Shown: positions 25,582-35,939 of the stretch, piece by piece | Layout of the letters: each line of letters starts with the position of its first letter | How positions within the stretch are numbered: the stretch's first letter is position 1 | From: an uncultured Candidatus Saccharibacteria bacterium | Lineage (GTDB): Bacteria > Patescibacteriota > Minisyncoccia > Phycocordibacterales > UBA9973 | DNA: 64,000 nucleotides | Direction of reading: 5' to 3' | Assembly (NCBI GenBank): GCA_964527185.1 | Contig: CAZGOI010000001.1 | Coordinates: 87,166-151,165, forward strand | Made by a program: the position numbers and the translations under genes | The notes under the pieces: generated by a model | Databases searched by the model: none | The model's input: the letters and a program-made list of their open reading frames with translations, nothing else | Told to the model about the DNA's origin: nothing

Positions 25582-28014
25582 CTAGTCTTTCAAATCGCCC
25601 CACGTTTTACCTGAGCTCGAAGAAACTTCGAGTGGTACTTCTTCTAGGTTGGCTAAAAATTCTCTGGGGATCGCATGCTTCATAGCGCTCTCGATTACCC
25701 GCGTTGCTTGGTCGACTTTGTCTTCCTTTATTTCATAGATCAATTCGTCGTGGACCTGCAGTACCAGCCGGCAATCCTCTAAAATGCCTTCTTTTTTTAA
25801 ACGACTTTCGGCATTTTTCATTCCGATTTTAATAATGTCGGCAGTGGCCGTGCCCTGAATCGGGGCGTTGATGGCCATGCGCTCGGCCATAGCGCGGATA
25901 TATGGTATCGGCGATTTGATTGCGGGGAAGTGTCGGCGTCGGCCAAAGAGGGTCTCGGTGTAACCATGCTTTTTGGCAAAATTTTTTATACTGTCTAGAT
26001 AAGCAACGATATTTGGAAATTGCGAAAAATAATTATCATAAAAAGCCTGTGCTTCTTTTCTATCGGTGCCAATGTTTTGCCGTAGAGCATTGACCCCCAT
26101 GCCATAGAGCATACCAAAATTTATAACTTTGGCTTGGCGGCGCATGTTGTGGGTGACTTCATTTTCTTTAACACCAAAAACTTTCATGGCAACGGCGGCG
26201 TGAATGTCTCTACCTTCTCTAAAGACTTCGATAAAGTATGGGTCCTGCGACATCAGGGCGGCAATGCGGAGCTCGATCTGCGAGTAATCAAACGATGCGA
26301 GTTTGTAGCCGGGCTCGGCTACAAATGCATGGCGAATATTTTTCCCTTTTTCTGATTTGATTGGAATATTTTGCATGTTTGGGTTACTCGAAGAAAATCT
26401 GCCGGTGCTCGAACCTGTCTGGGTAAATTTTGCGTGTAGCCTTCCATCGCTTGCCACTTGAGTGGGTATGGTGTCGATATATGTCGAGAGTAATTTTTGC
26501 AGTTCGCGGTATTTTAAGATCTGTTCGATGATCGGGTGGTGGTCGCGAAGTTTTTCTAGTTCTGATTCTTTGGTCGAACGAGCGCCGCCAGCAGTTTTTT
26601 TCATTTTTCTTTTCGAACTTTCCTCGCCCAAATCTTGTATTTTAAGTTCATCGAAAATTATTTCGCCCAATTGTTTCGGGGAATTAATATTAAACTCGCG
26701 GCCAGCTAATTTCCAAATATTTTTTTCTATCGCATCGAGGTCTTTATGGTATTGAGATGATAATTTCTTTAAATAATCGGTGTCGACCTTGATACCAACT
26801 TCTTCCATGTTTTTGATGATTGGTATAATAGGTATCTCAATCTCCTTGTAAATATAGGTTAATTTGTCTTTTTCGATGTCAGCCTCGAGTTTTTCTAGGG
26901 CTTCATTTAAGTTGTGGCTGCCTTTATAGCCGGCGACTTCGCTCGGGTCTGGGTCGGTCTTGTCTGAATTTATGAGCCAGTAGGCAATCTTTGCTTTCTC
27001 GAGCTTCTCTGGATCGAGGGTTTGAAATTTTTGTTTTGTGTCGTCTCCTTTTTTATTTTCAGCTTCATTTTCATTTTTTGTTTCATTTTTTTCTCCGATC
27101 AAATTTAAAAACCTAGTTTGTAGACTTTTAAACTCGACTTCTTTGAAAAAACTTATGGCTTTTTCTTTGTCGATACTCTCCTGCCAGGTTTGTGCTGGTA
27201 GCTTGAAATCGATCGGCGCATCTTTGCGGATAGTTGCAAGTGTTTTTGAAAAAATAGCCTCTTCTTCTCCTTCTTCTAAAAGCTTTAAAATGCGCTCGCT
27301 GATGCCAAGTTTACCAAGAACCTTAGCGTCTTTTTTTATTTCTTTATACATGTTCTCGATCGTCCCAAATTTTTCGATCAGGATCGTCGCTGTTTTCTCG
27401 CCGATTCCTTTGATACCGATGATATTGTCTGATGGGTCGCCACGCAGACCTTTGTAGTCGGGTAAAAATTTTGGAACAAAACCAAAACGCTCTTTTACTT
27501 TTTCTTCGTCGTATAAAATTGTATCGTTCAATCCTTTTTTAAGTGTATAGACTCTGATTTTCTCATCGTCGACTAGTTGCAGGGTATCCATATCGCCCGA
27601 AGCGATGATCGTATCTATATTTTTTTGCTTTAGAGTTTTGTCTGCAATTGTTCCGAGTAAATCATCGGCTTCAAAACCTTCGCATTGGTAAATTGGAATT
27701 GAAAAAGATTTAAAGAAATCTCGTGATCGCTCGATCTGGGCTACGAGCGCGTCATCGGTCTTGGCTCGGCCGGCTTTGTAGGCATCGTATGATTCGTGAC
27801 GAAATGTTGGCTTGGGTAAATCGTAACAGGCTACTATATAGTCGGGTTTGAACTCGGTAATTATTTTAAAAATCATCGTCGAGAGGCCATAGAGCGCGCC
27901 AGTCGGCTCGCCTCGGGAATTAGAAAAATCTGGCAGGGCGTGATAGGCCCGGTGTATGATGGCGTGAGTATCAAGTAAAATAAGCCTTTTTTTCGAATTT
28001 TGAGCCTTCGGCAT
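25582..28014 (-). CDS. polA: DNA polymerase I (5'-3' exonuclease plus polymerase domains)
   Basis: N-terminal 5'-nuclease (LILLDTHAIIHRAYHAL..GIKGIGEKTA), polymerase motif A (DYSQIELRI), motif B (RRQAKVINFGMLYG) and motif C (VHDELIYE). No clear 3'-5' exonuclease motifs. Confidence 0.9.
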   Translation of the reverse strand: MPKAQNSKKRLILLDTHAIIHRAYHALPDFSNSRGEPTGALYGLSTMIFKIITEFKPDYIVACYDLPKPTFRHESYDAYKAGRAKTDDALVAQIERSRDFFKSFSIPIYQCEGFEADDLLGTIADKTLKQKNIDTIIASGDMDTLQLVDDEKIRVYTLKKGLNDTILYDEEKVKERFGFVPKFLPDYKGLRGDPSDNIIGIKGIGEKTATILIEKFGTIENMYKEIKKDAKVLGKLGISERILKLLEEGEEEAIFSKTLATIRKDAPIDFKLPAQTWQESIDKEKAISFFKEVEFKSLQTRFLNLIGEKNETKNENEAENKKGDDTKQKFQTLDPEKLEKAKIAYWLINSDKTDPDPSEVAGYKGSHNLNEALEKLEADIEKDKLTYIYKEIEIPIIPIIKNMEEVGIKVDTDYLKKLSSQYHKDLDAIEKNIWKLAGREFNINSPKQLGEIIFDELKIQDLGEESSKRKMKKTAGGARSTKESELEKLRDHHPIIEQILKYRELQKLLSTYIDTIPTQVASDGRLHAKFTQTGSSTGRFSSSNPNMQNIPIKSEKGKNIRHAFVAEPGYKLASFDYSQIELRIAALMSQDPYFIEVFREGRDIHAAVAMKVFGVKENEVTHNMRRQAKVINFGMLYGMGVNALRQNIGTDRKEAQAFYDNYFSQFPNIVAYLDSIKNFAKKHGYTETLFGRRRHFPAIKSPIPYIRAMAERMAINAPIQGTATADIIKIGMKNAESRLKKEGILEDCRLVLQVHDELIYEIKEDKVDQATRVIESAMKHAIPREFLANLEEVPLEVSSSSGKTWGDLKD

Positions 28015-28045
28015 GGGTCTATTATAGCAAAAAAGCGGGACGATT

Positions 28046-29224
28046 TTACGCCCTCGCTTTTTTTCTTATCTTTCTGTTTTTTCTTTTTTCTTTTTTAATC
28101 CTCTTTTTTTCAAACATGTGATACCTGTAAACTTTATCCATCAATAATTGGGTTTCGTCTAAGAGTTCACTTGGTGTTTTTCCTTTTGATGATATGGGTT
28201 TACAGTATATAACTTTTGCAAATGTTGGGTTAATTCCAGTCATATAATACTGTTTTGCAAAAGACAAGAATTTGTTTAGAAAATTACTTTTTTTGTCTTT
28301 GTTGTTGCTTTTATCCTGCTCACCAGGGCGCCTCCATTTATTCGTGTTTAGTAGGACAACTGGAACAATTTTTAAACCGAGGTCGCAAGCTATTTTAAAA
28401 GCACCAATTTTCATTCCTCTTATACCTTCTTCGGGTACTCTTTCCCTTGTACTTTGAGAAAACACTCCTATGATTCCTTTTTTATTTGATGATAAGAAAG
28501 TTTTTGAGATTGAAATAGCTTCAGCTCTTTTCTTCTCTGCTCCTTCTTCTCTATTTATAGGAACTCCTACTAAGTCAAAAAACCAGCTTAGAAAGGGATT
28601 TTTCCACAAATTAGTTCCTATCATAATTCTCCAGTTCCTGAAAAGTGCTAGCACTGCTGCAAGGAAATAGTCTCCTGAGCTTAGGTGGTTAATAACAAAT
28701 ACGGCTTGTCTTATATTCCTAGCTGTTCTTACATTTCCAGCTTCTACAACAAATAAAAAGTTAGCGAACATTACCATTGCTGATAACATGGATGTTATTG
28801 TGCAGGCAAACATAGAATTCTTAATCCTCGCTTTTGTTTTTTCGCCAGAAATATTGCCGAACCATTTTTGAATCCCAATTATAGCCAAGCCGATTAGAGC
28901 TAGTGGAAGAATTGGAAGAGAAAGTACCGTTGCCTGAATGGCAAAGAAAAATTTTACCCACCAAGTCCTTTCAAAACCAATCGCGGCAACTATGAAACCA
29001 CCAATAAATGATAGCGTGATGAGCCCAATGAAAACAGCATATGCAATGATTGCATTGTGGATGCTATTGTATGGCTTTATTAACCATGAAAAGAAGCGGA
29101 ATGACAAAAAATTAATAACTATAGGAATAACATAGAGGATAAACCCTACGAGTATTCCTTTTCTGCTGATACGCATAGAATTTATATTTATGTTATTGCA
29201 AAATCGCAAAGATCTTTCCGCCAA
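28046..29224 (-). CDS. membrane-anchored lysophospholipid acyltransferase (PlsC family)
   Basis: An N-terminal polytopic region, then the acyltransferase HxxxxD motif (NHLSSGDYF) and FPEGT-like region (VPEEGIRG). The C-terminal tail is Lys-rich. Confidence 0.55.
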   Translation of the reverse strand: MAERSLRFCNNININSMRISRKGILVGFILYVIPIVINFLSFRFFSWLIKPYNSIHNAIIAYAVFIGLITLSFIGGFIVAAIGFERTWWVKFFFAIQATVLSLPILPLALIGLAIIGIQKWFGNISGEKTKARIKNSMFACTITSMLSAMVMFANFLFVVEAGNVRTARNIRQAVFVINHLSSGDYFLAAVLALFRNWRIMIGTNLWKNPFLSWFFDLVGVPINREEGAEKKRAEAISISKTFLSSNKKGIIGVFSQSTRERVPEEGIRGMKIGAFKIACDLGLKIVPVVLLNTNKWRRPGEQDKSNNKDKKSNFLNKFLSFAKQYYMTGINPTFAKVIYCKPISSKGKTPSELLDETQLLMDKVYRYHMFEKKRIKKEKRKNRKIRKKARA

Positions 29225-29253
29225 ATACTACCACAGGGCCTAGAAAAATCAAG

Positions 29254-29688
29254 CTAGAATTTTATTTTGCGGGTTTCTTCGTCTTTGTGATCAAGTTTAA
29301 TATTGAGGGCGTGTTCTGGAATGGCCCCGGGTACTTGTTCTGGCCACTCTACGATGACGAGGTTGTTTTGGTCAGTAAGTAATTCCTGCCAGCCGAGAAT
29401 ACGTAGCTCGTTGCTGTTTTTTAGTCGATATAGGTCGATGTGTATCAATCTTAGCCATTTATATTTTTTATTATTTATTTTGTATTTTTTCATAATCACA
29501 AATGTCGGCGAAATAATACTCTCTGTCACGCCAAGTATCTTGCCTATCTCTTGGCTAAGTGTGGTCTTCCCTGCTCCGAGTGTGCCAGAGAGTGTAAGTA
29601 GAGTGGCGCTATTATTTTTTTTAATTTTTTCTGCTTTAGATAAAATTTCTCTGGCTATATTTTCTAATTCTTGAATTTTAACTTCCAT
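29254..29688 (-). CDS. tsaE: tRNA threonylcarbamoyladenosine biosynthesis protein TsaE
   Basis: LSGTLGAGKTTLSQEIGKILGV..SPTFVIMKKY..HIDLYRL. Confidence 0.8.
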   Translation of the reverse strand: MEVKIQELENIAREILSKAEKIKKNNSATLLTLSGTLGAGKTTLSQEIGKILGVTESIISPTFVIMKKYKINNKKYKWLRLIHIDLYRLKNSNELRILGWQELLTDQNNLVIVEWPEQVPGAIPEHALNIKLDHKDEETRKIKF

Positions 29689-29753
29689 GCATATATCCTA
29701 ACACAGAACACCCCGCATATGCGGGGTGTTTTGGTTATAATTAATCAATCTAA

Positions 29754-31988
29754 TTAATAGTGTGTCGTAGTCGTTGTTCCAGTTGGAGTCGTGACGTGAA
29801 CTGTTGATTTCTTATTGTATCTGCGAGCAAGAAGAATTATTAGCAGAATGAGGGTAACTAGTAGCAACCAACCTAGGAGTGTCGATGGGAAGAAACCGAG
29901 GAAGAATGCGGCTGCACCAAGATTGTTATCGGTCGTTGCGGGAGCAGTAAATCTTGGGGTGTTAAGTACATAGGCAATTGCGTTTTCTTGTGCGTTGTTT
30001 GGGTTTGTGTAAACAAGTATTGCTGTCGTTACTATTTGGGCAGTATTTGAGGTTATCGATACCGCTTGGCCTTCTAGATAGATGACACCTTCATCCCCAG
30101 GCCGTAAATCTTCGATTGGTACAGTTAGAGTGTTTGTGTCTGTAGAATATGTGCCAGCAGAAGAATTTGTAATGTTTATACCGCGAGGAACTATAACCTG
30201 AACAACTGGGTTTGTAAGCAGAGATTTGCCGATATTTTTGTATGTGACTGTATAGTCAACTGTGTCGCCGATACCGATAGACTGGTAGCGATCTTCTATT
30301 CTAAGCATGATTGGAGACGATGTCCCAATAACAGTTGTTCCTTGAATAATGATTGGGTGAATAACTTGGTTTGCAAGTGTATCGAGGAATTCGACTGTGC
30401 CCCTGTTTGTCGAACCATTACAATCAGCAACGGCTCGGAAGTAATATATAGTATCTGGGATGAGACCTGTGATGGTTGCGTAGTATGAACCACTGGTTGT
30501 CTGTGAAGGGGTTCTGAGGTTTAGATTGTCTGCTGACTGACCGTATTCGAAGTACGCATTATTTGAAGTACCAGAACTGATGATTCCGTTTAGTTGAGCA
30601 GATGTTCGTGTAACGCTTGTTGCCACACTAGTAACCGCACATGCGTTGTAAATCGGTCCACCGTTTACATTGATTGTAAGCGATTGGCTTGGGCTACCAC
30701 CATATGAACTGTAGGCATTGAGTGTGTAGACTGTAGTTGTTGTTGGATAAACAATTTGGTTATATGAAGCCGATAGGTTGTAGCCAACATTTGAAATACT
30801 AACCGATGTACAACCAGTAGTATTCCACGTTAGAGTTACCGGCTGGCCAGAAGTAATATTATTTTGACTTGCGTAGAATGAATTGATAACACAATTGTTA
30901 TATTGATTGTTATTAACATTCACATAGACACTTTGTGTTTGGTTACCACCACCGTTGCCGTAGGCATTGATGGTGTAGGTGCCAGAGTATTGAGGATATA
31001 GAGTTTGGTTACCACTGTAACTATTACTGTTGATGCTTGGACCAGAAACTGTGACTGAAGTACAGCCAGTCGTACTCCAAGCGAGGTTGACAGAATTGCC
31101 GGCTTGAATAGTGACGGTGTTTTGGCCATTTACTGTGAAATAGTTTATGTAGCAATTATTGTATTGGTAGTTGTTAACATATACAGAAGTATTTTGAGTT
31201 ATCTGTTGACCGGTTGAACTTGTTGCTGTGAGAGTATAGTTATTAGAACCAATATTTGTCGGGTAAACAGTAGCAGGACCATTTAAGTTGTTACTAACTG
31301 TTCCGTTTGGGCCAGTTATTACAGCCGATGCACAACCAGATGTATTCCAATTTAATGTTGATGAGCTACCTTGGTTTATATATGTTGGATTAGCACTGAG
31401 ACTTGATGTAATTGTACAATTTGAACCACCACCGTTATTGCTAATGTTGAAAGAGAAAACAATTGCCCCCCAATCATTATTTGGTATTGTACCTAAAGAT
31501 AAACTTCCATTAAATGCTTCTGCGCCTGTCTGGCCACTAGGAAATGATGTTGGGTTATATGAACCATTTTGATACCACCTTGCTTGGCTAAATGTAAGAG
31601 TTTCGTTTGTTGAAATATTTGCAGTAACTTGTGAGAGTGGCAAACTACCAGCGCTAGAATTTAGATTGCCAGAGAATGAAAAGTTTGTGCTTGAACCAGT
31701 TGAAGGAGATTTGGTTAAACTTATATTTGTATTATTTGCATCTACGCCATTGGTGTTGTCGTAGAAAACTTTGACATTAATAATTTGGCCTGATGTTGCT
31801 GAAACATTTGTTAGGTTCCAACAAGAACCAGGGTTGATGCCTGCTCCGGTAGTATAGTTACCAATATTTATAGCAGGACAATCACCAGGGTATTGATTCC
31901 AGCCTGATGCATTTGCGCTGTTAACACCACTAAGCAAAAAACCTAGTGATAGAATTCCGACTATTATTTTTTTCATAAAATTTTTCAT
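29754..31988 (-). CDS. repetitive cysteine-containing surface protein with a signal peptide, ~90-aa Ig-like repeats, a DUF11-like domain and a C-terminal transmembrane anchor
   Basis: Signal MKNFMKKIIVGILSLGFLLSGVNSANA. At least three repeats with the pattern C.IN.F......I..G..V.L.W.T.GCTSV.ISGP. A DUF11-like TVDYTVTYKNIGKS..VIYLEGQAVS segment. A C-terminal hydrophobic anchor LLGWLLLVTLILLIILLARRY. Confidence 0.55.
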   Translation of the reverse strand: MKNFMKKIIVGILSLGFLLSGVNSANASGWNQYPGDCPAINIGNYTTGAGINPGSCWNLTNVSATSGQIINVKVFYDNTNGVDANNTNISLTKSPSTGSSTNFSFSGNLNSSAGSLPLSQVTANISTNETLTFSQARWYQNGSYNPTSFPSGQTGAEAFNGSLSLGTIPNNDWGAIVFSFNISNNGGGSNCTITSSLSANPTYINQGSSSTLNWNTSGCASAVITGPNGTVSNNLNGPATVYPTNIGSNNYTLTATSSTGQQITQNTSVYVNNYQYNNCYINYFTVNGQNTVTIQAGNSVNLAWSTTGCTSVTVSGPSINSNSYSGNQTLYPQYSGTYTINAYGNGGGNQTQSVYVNVNNNQYNNCVINSFYASQNNITSGQPVTLTWNTTGCTSVSISNVGYNLSASYNQIVYPTTTTVYTLNAYSSYGGSPSQSLTINVNGGPIYNACAVTSVATSVTRTSAQLNGIISSGTSNNAYFEYGQSADNLNLRTPSQTTSGSYYATITGLIPDTIYYFRAVADCNGSTNRGTVEFLDTLANQVIHPIIIQGTTVIGTSSPIMLRIEDRYQSIGIGDTVDYTVTYKNIGKSLLTNPVVQVIVPRGINITNSSAGTYSTDTNTLTVPIEDLRPGDEGVIYLEGQAVSITSNTAQIVTTAILVYTNPNNAQENAIAYVLNTPRFTAPATTDNNLGAAAFFLGFFPSTLLGWLLLVTLILLIILLARRYNKKSTVHVTTPTGTTTTTHY

Positions 31989-32056
31989 AATAAATTATTA
32001 ATTAAACTTACAATTTTAAACCTTCAATATTTTATAAAACATTGAAGACTTAAAAA

Positions 32057-32100
32057 AGTAAGGGAGTAGAAGTTAAACTTTTTCCTCCCTACTTATGATT
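32057..32100 (-). terminator. putative rho-independent terminator after the 32116..32850 gene
   Basis: On the minus strand, aagtagggagg..ctcccttactt forms a hairpin followed by tttttt. Confidence 0.35.
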
Positions 32101-32115
32101 ATTAGCCCATAATCT

Positions 32116-32850
32116 TTATCCTCCGAGTCCACGCGGATCCCATCTGCCTTGATGAGGATTTATTGTCCCATTTCCTCCGGGATCGTAACGACGACCAGAA
32201 GGAGCAGGATACCAACCTCTTATTGGGGGTTGTGATCCGCCACCGCCACTAAAAATTATTCTGATTAGTGATGGCGATCTCCGAACTGTAGGTTCAACAA
32301 CAACTTCTCTTTGGATAATTGTTTTTACTACCGTAGGACCTTGAGCGTCTTTAGTTGGCTGATTTTCATCCCCCTCAGTCATTGAAGGTAGTGTCTCGTT
32401 GTTAACAACCTTGGTGTTATTTACGACGGAGTCTTTATATGTTATCCGTAAAACTAAACTGTCTTTGGTTTCTATTTTTACAATTTTGACAGCATTTACG
32501 GGTTTCATATAAACAACTTGGTTTCCGCAGATAGCAGCATAATAATTTCCTTTTTTTTCATATATTTTCTCTCCTTTTGGGAAGACGATATAATTACGAT
32601 CCAGATTATTATGCTCATTGTCGGCAAAACGAACGAAGTAGTCACTTGGCAAAGTATAAACAGTAACTCCGAGGGGTTCTGACCCCTCATATACCATTTT
32701 TGCTTCGGGCCTTTCAGACCAATAAGCGCCCTTGGTTATGTGTTCAAAACCATCGTAACGGACAGTTCCTGTTTGGATTTCATCTTTTTGGGCTTTGGAT
32801 TGCTGGCCAAATGAAAGGACGGCAATCACAATTACAATGAACTTTTTCAT
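32116..32850 (-). CDS. secreted hypothetical protein with a Gly/Pro/Arg-rich C-terminus
   Basis: Signal peptide MKKFIVIVIAVLSFGQQSKAQ. The C-terminus reads GGGGSQPPIRGWYPAPSGRRYDPGGNG. Confidence 0.4.
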   Translation of the reverse strand: MKKFIVIVIAVLSFGQQSKAQKDEIQTGTVRYDGFEHITKGAYWSERPEAKMVYEGSEPLGVTVYTLPSDYFVRFADNEHNNLDRNYIVFPKGEKIYEKKGNYYAAICGNQVVYMKPVNAVKIVKIETKDSLVLRITYKDSVVNNTKVVNNETLPSMTEGDENQPTKDAQGPTVVKTIIQREVVVEPTVRRSPSLIRIIFSGGGGSQPPIRGWYPAPSGRRYDPGGNGTINPHQGRWDPRGLGG

Positions 32851-32991
32851 TTGGATTGTTTTTATTTGTTATATCAAAACCCCAATAAACTCATAAGTTT
32901 TGAGGATCTAATATAACAAATAGAAACTAACCCATCTGGCCGAATCCTATCATATTTATGACAAGTTGTCAAGTATAGGATACTAGATTTT

Positions 32992-34713
32992 GTGCGATAT
33001 AATAAGGCTATTATGACTATTAAATTTGATGACGAGAAAGAAGAGAAAGAGCTGGGTGACTTGCGCCGACAAGAAGAAGAAGATTTGGTTCAAGCTCTAG
33101 CCGAATCTAGGTACGGCATCGCACCGATAAACCTAGCTACTATCCCCATAGACAACGACGCCTTACGTTCGATACCAGAAGAAGATGCTATAAAAGAAGA
33201 AGTTGCCCCATTTAAAGTCCTTGGCAAGGATATCCATGTTGCTGTTCGTTCACCGCAAAAAGAAAAGCTGGCTAGTCTCAAGGAATATTTTGAAAATCAT
33301 GGGTATGTTCCCCATTTTTATATGGCATCACTTGCAAGTTTAAATAAAGCATGGGAACGATATAAAGAAATTTCATACGCTTCGGAATCAAAAGCAGGCA
33401 GTATCGCGATTTCAGGTGAGACGCTAAAAAAATTGATGGTTGATTTGAAAAATATTGAAGATGTCAAAAAAGCTATAGTCGCCGCCGAAGAAGAAAAAAT
33501 TCACTCGACGTCGCACATACTCGAGATTGCGCTCGCTGGCGCGATCGCAATCGACGCTTCAGATTTACACTTTGAACCCGAAGAAGAAACTGTGCGTTTG
33601 CGCTTTCGTCTAGATGGTGTGTTGCATACGGTCATGGATATTCCGCCTGCGGTCCACCGGTTTATAAATTCGAGAATAAAATTGCTGGCAGGTCTTAAAA
33701 TAACCAATTCATCAGTTGCCCAAGATGGTCGCTTTAGTATTTTCCTTGACCAAGATGAGATTAGCCTGCGCGTCTCGCTTATACCCGGGGCATATGGCGA
33801 ATCGATTGTCATGAGAATATTAAACCCGAAGTCTATCAGAGTAAAACTCGAGGATATGGGTATCGAGCCGAACATGTATGAAATATTTATGCGCGAGATC
33901 AAAAAACCAAACGGTATGATACTTTTAACTGGCCCAACTGGCTCTGGTAAAACGACGACGCTCTATTCGTTCCTGCAGAAAATTTATTCAACAGAAATTA
34001 AAATAATCACAATCGAAGACCCGATCGAATACCACCTGCCCGGCATAACCCAAACACAAACAGACGACGAGAAGGGGTATACATTTCTCGAGGGGTTGCG
34101 TTCAGCCCTGCGCCAAGACCCAGATGTCATAATGGTCGGGGAAATTCGAGACGCTGAAACTGCAAAGATTGCTGTTGAGTCGGCCTTGACTGGCCACTTG
34201 GTTTTTTCGACACTCCACACCAATAACGCTGCGGGTGTGATACCGCGTTTGATCGATCTTGAAGTCAACCCAAAAATTCTTGTCTCGGCATTGTCACTCT
34301 CAATTGCTCAGCGCTTGGTCCGCAAGCTCTGCCAAAATTGCAAAAAAGAAAAACAAATAACTGATGAAGAGATGAGGGTTATGAAAAAAATTATTGACAA
34401 TGCCAAATCTAACGGTAAAGATTTTTCTAGCTATGGCGTCTATGTTGGCGCAAAATTTAAAATATACAGCCCTGTTGGTTGCCTAGAATGCAACAACACT
34501 GGCTACAGGGGCCGTATTGGAATATTTGAAGCTATTCACAACAATGCCGAGATCGAAGCGATTATTCCCAAAAATCCGAGCGAGCGAGAGATTAAAGAAA
34601 TTGCCGCTCATCAAGGCATGCTCGATATGGCCGAAGATGGAGTAGTAAAAATATTGAGGGGTATTACTTCATACGAAGAAGTTGCCTCGGTTGTTGATTT
34701 CTACGAGGAATAG
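32992..34713 (+). CDS. pilB: type IV pilus assembly ATPase PilB (GspE family)
   Basis: Walker A LLTGPTGSGKTTTLYS, Asp box, Walker B/His box (MVGEIRDAETA..ALTGHLVFSTLHTN), and the tetracysteine zinc motif CQNC..CLEC. Confidence 0.85.
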   Translation: MRYNKAIMTIKFDDEKEEKELGDLRRQEEEDLVQALAESRYGIAPINLATIPIDNDALRSIPEEDAIKEEVAPFKVLGKDIHVAVRSPQKEKLASLKEYFENHGYVPHFYMASLASLNKAWERYKEISYASESKAGSIAISGETLKKLMVDLKNIEDVKKAIVAAEEEKIHSTSHILEIALAGAIAIDASDLHFEPEEETVRLRFRLDGVLHTVMDIPPAVHRFINSRIKLLAGLKITNSSVAQDGRFSIFLDQDEISLRVSLIPGAYGESIVMRILNPKSIRVKLEDMGIEPNMYEIFMREIKKPNGMILLTGPTGSGKTTTLYSFLQKIYSTEIKIITIEDPIEYHLPGITQTQTDDEKGYTFLEGLRSALRQDPDVIMVGEIRDAETAKIAVESALTGHLVFSTLHTNNAAGVIPRLIDLEVNPKILVSALSLSIAQRLVRKLCQNCKKEKQITDEEMRVMKKIIDNAKSNGKDFSSYGVYVGAKFKIYSPVGCLECNNTGYRGRIGIFEAIHNNAEIEAIIPKNPSEREIKEIAAHQGMLDMAEDGVVKILRGITSYEEVASVVDFYEE

Positions 34714-34728
34714 AGGAATAAAAGAAAA

Positions 34729-34875
34729 GACATAAATCTCTAAACAATCCTTTGAAAGCGTGCGCGATCAAAGTAACGCGTGGTTGCAGGATAACCCCAG
34801 TAAATAATAAATTAAAACCAGAATGTCCTACGTACAAACGTAGAGCACGGGGCCGATTGCTTAGAGATTTATGTC
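34729..34875. repeat. 147-bp element bounded by 21-bp near-perfect inverted repeats (MITE-like, or a long-stem structured RNA)
   Basis: gacataaatctctaaacaatc (34729..34749) against gattgcttagagatttatgtc (34855..34875), with 20 of 21 bases complementary. The 105-nt interior has internal hairpins (cctacgtacaaacgtagag, ggataacccc..acggggcc). Confidence 0.5.
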
Positions 34876-34946
34876 GTCTCTATAGTAAATGATATAATTG
34901 CCATGTATCTAAAATTCTTTAGCTAATATATCATATTTACGTAGCA

Positions 34947-35936
34947 ATGTCAAGCACAAAACAAACAACTAAAGACGAGGGATTTTTGGACCAAACGCTG
35001 CGCCCGAGCGCTTGGGTCGAGTATATTGGCCAAGAAAATATTAAGGCGAATTTAAAAATACTGCTTCAAGCGGCCGAAGAGCGCTCGCATCCGGCCGAGC
35101 ATATATTATTTTATGGTCCGCCAGGTTTAGGGAAAACAACTCTGGCTCATTTGATAGCTAAAGAAACTGGTCGGCAGATAAAAATAACATCTGGGCCAGC
35201 CATAGAAAAAGTTGGTGACCTAGCATCAATCCTGACAAATCTTTCATCTGGAGATATAGTTTTCATAGACGAAATTCATCGATTAAATAAAATGGTCGAA
35301 GAAGTTCTCTACCCTGCCATGGAAAGTGGCGTGCTTGATATCATCATCGGCAAGGGTCCGTCGGCTAGAACAATACAGCTCGAACTGCCACCGTTTACGC
35401 TCATCGCTGCAACTACTCGTATCGCGCTTCTCTCGTCGCCATTGCGATCGAGGTTCTCTGGTGGAGTTTTTCGTTTGGAATTTTATACACAAGAGGAAAT
35501 AAAAAAAATATTAAAGAGGTCGGCAAAGATTTTGGGTGTGGTACTCGATGAAGCGGCGCTCGACGAAATCGCCAAACGAGCACGCTTTACACCAAGGACT
35601 GCAAATTATTTCCTAAAACGCTGTCGAGACTATGCCCAAGTTCATAAATTGCCACTGTCAAAAGAAGCGGTGAAAAAAGCTCTTGATTTGCTTGAGATTG
35701 ACGAGCTCGGTTTGTCTTCGTCTGACCGAAGAATAATAGAAGTTGTAATAGAAAAATTTGGTGGCGGGCCAGTCGGCCTCAAAACTATAGCTGCGGCAGT
35801 TAGCGAAGAAGAGGCAACGATCGAAGAAGTTATCGAGCCATATTTAATTCAACTTGGTTTACTCGAACGCACACCTCGCGGCCGAACAGTCACAGAAGCT
35901 GGATATAAACATTTGGGTTTTGATTATAAAAAATAA
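34947..35936 (+). CDS. ruvB: Holliday junction branch migration helicase RuvB
   Basis: Walker A GPPGLGKTTLAHLIA and Walker B VFIDEIHRL. A sigma-70 -10-like TATAAT lies at 34893..34898. Confidence 0.9.
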   Translation: MSSTKQTTKDEGFLDQTLRPSAWVEYIGQENIKANLKILLQAAEERSHPAEHILFYGPPGLGKTTLAHLIAKETGRQIKITSGPAIEKVGDLASILTNLSSGDIVFIDEIHRLNKMVEEVLYPAMESGVLDIIIGKGPSARTIQLELPPFTLIAATTRIALLSSPLRSRFSGGVFRLEFYTQEEIKKILKRSAKILGVVLDEAALDEIAKRARFTPRTANYFLKRCRDYAQVHKLPLSKEAVKKALDLLEIDELGLSSSDRRIIEVVIEKFGGGPVGLKTIAAAVSEEEATIEEVIEPYLIQLGLLERTPRGRTVTEAGYKHLGFDYKK

Positions 35937-35939
35937 ATT

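Noticed and set aside
29706-29735. The palindromic hairpin aacaccccgcatatgcggggtgtt between tsaE and the surface-protein gene.
   Set aside because: It is plausibly a terminator for the surface-protein gene, but the U-tract is on the opposite strand. I left it unlisted as a feature because its direction is ambiguous. It remains a possible regulatory hairpin.
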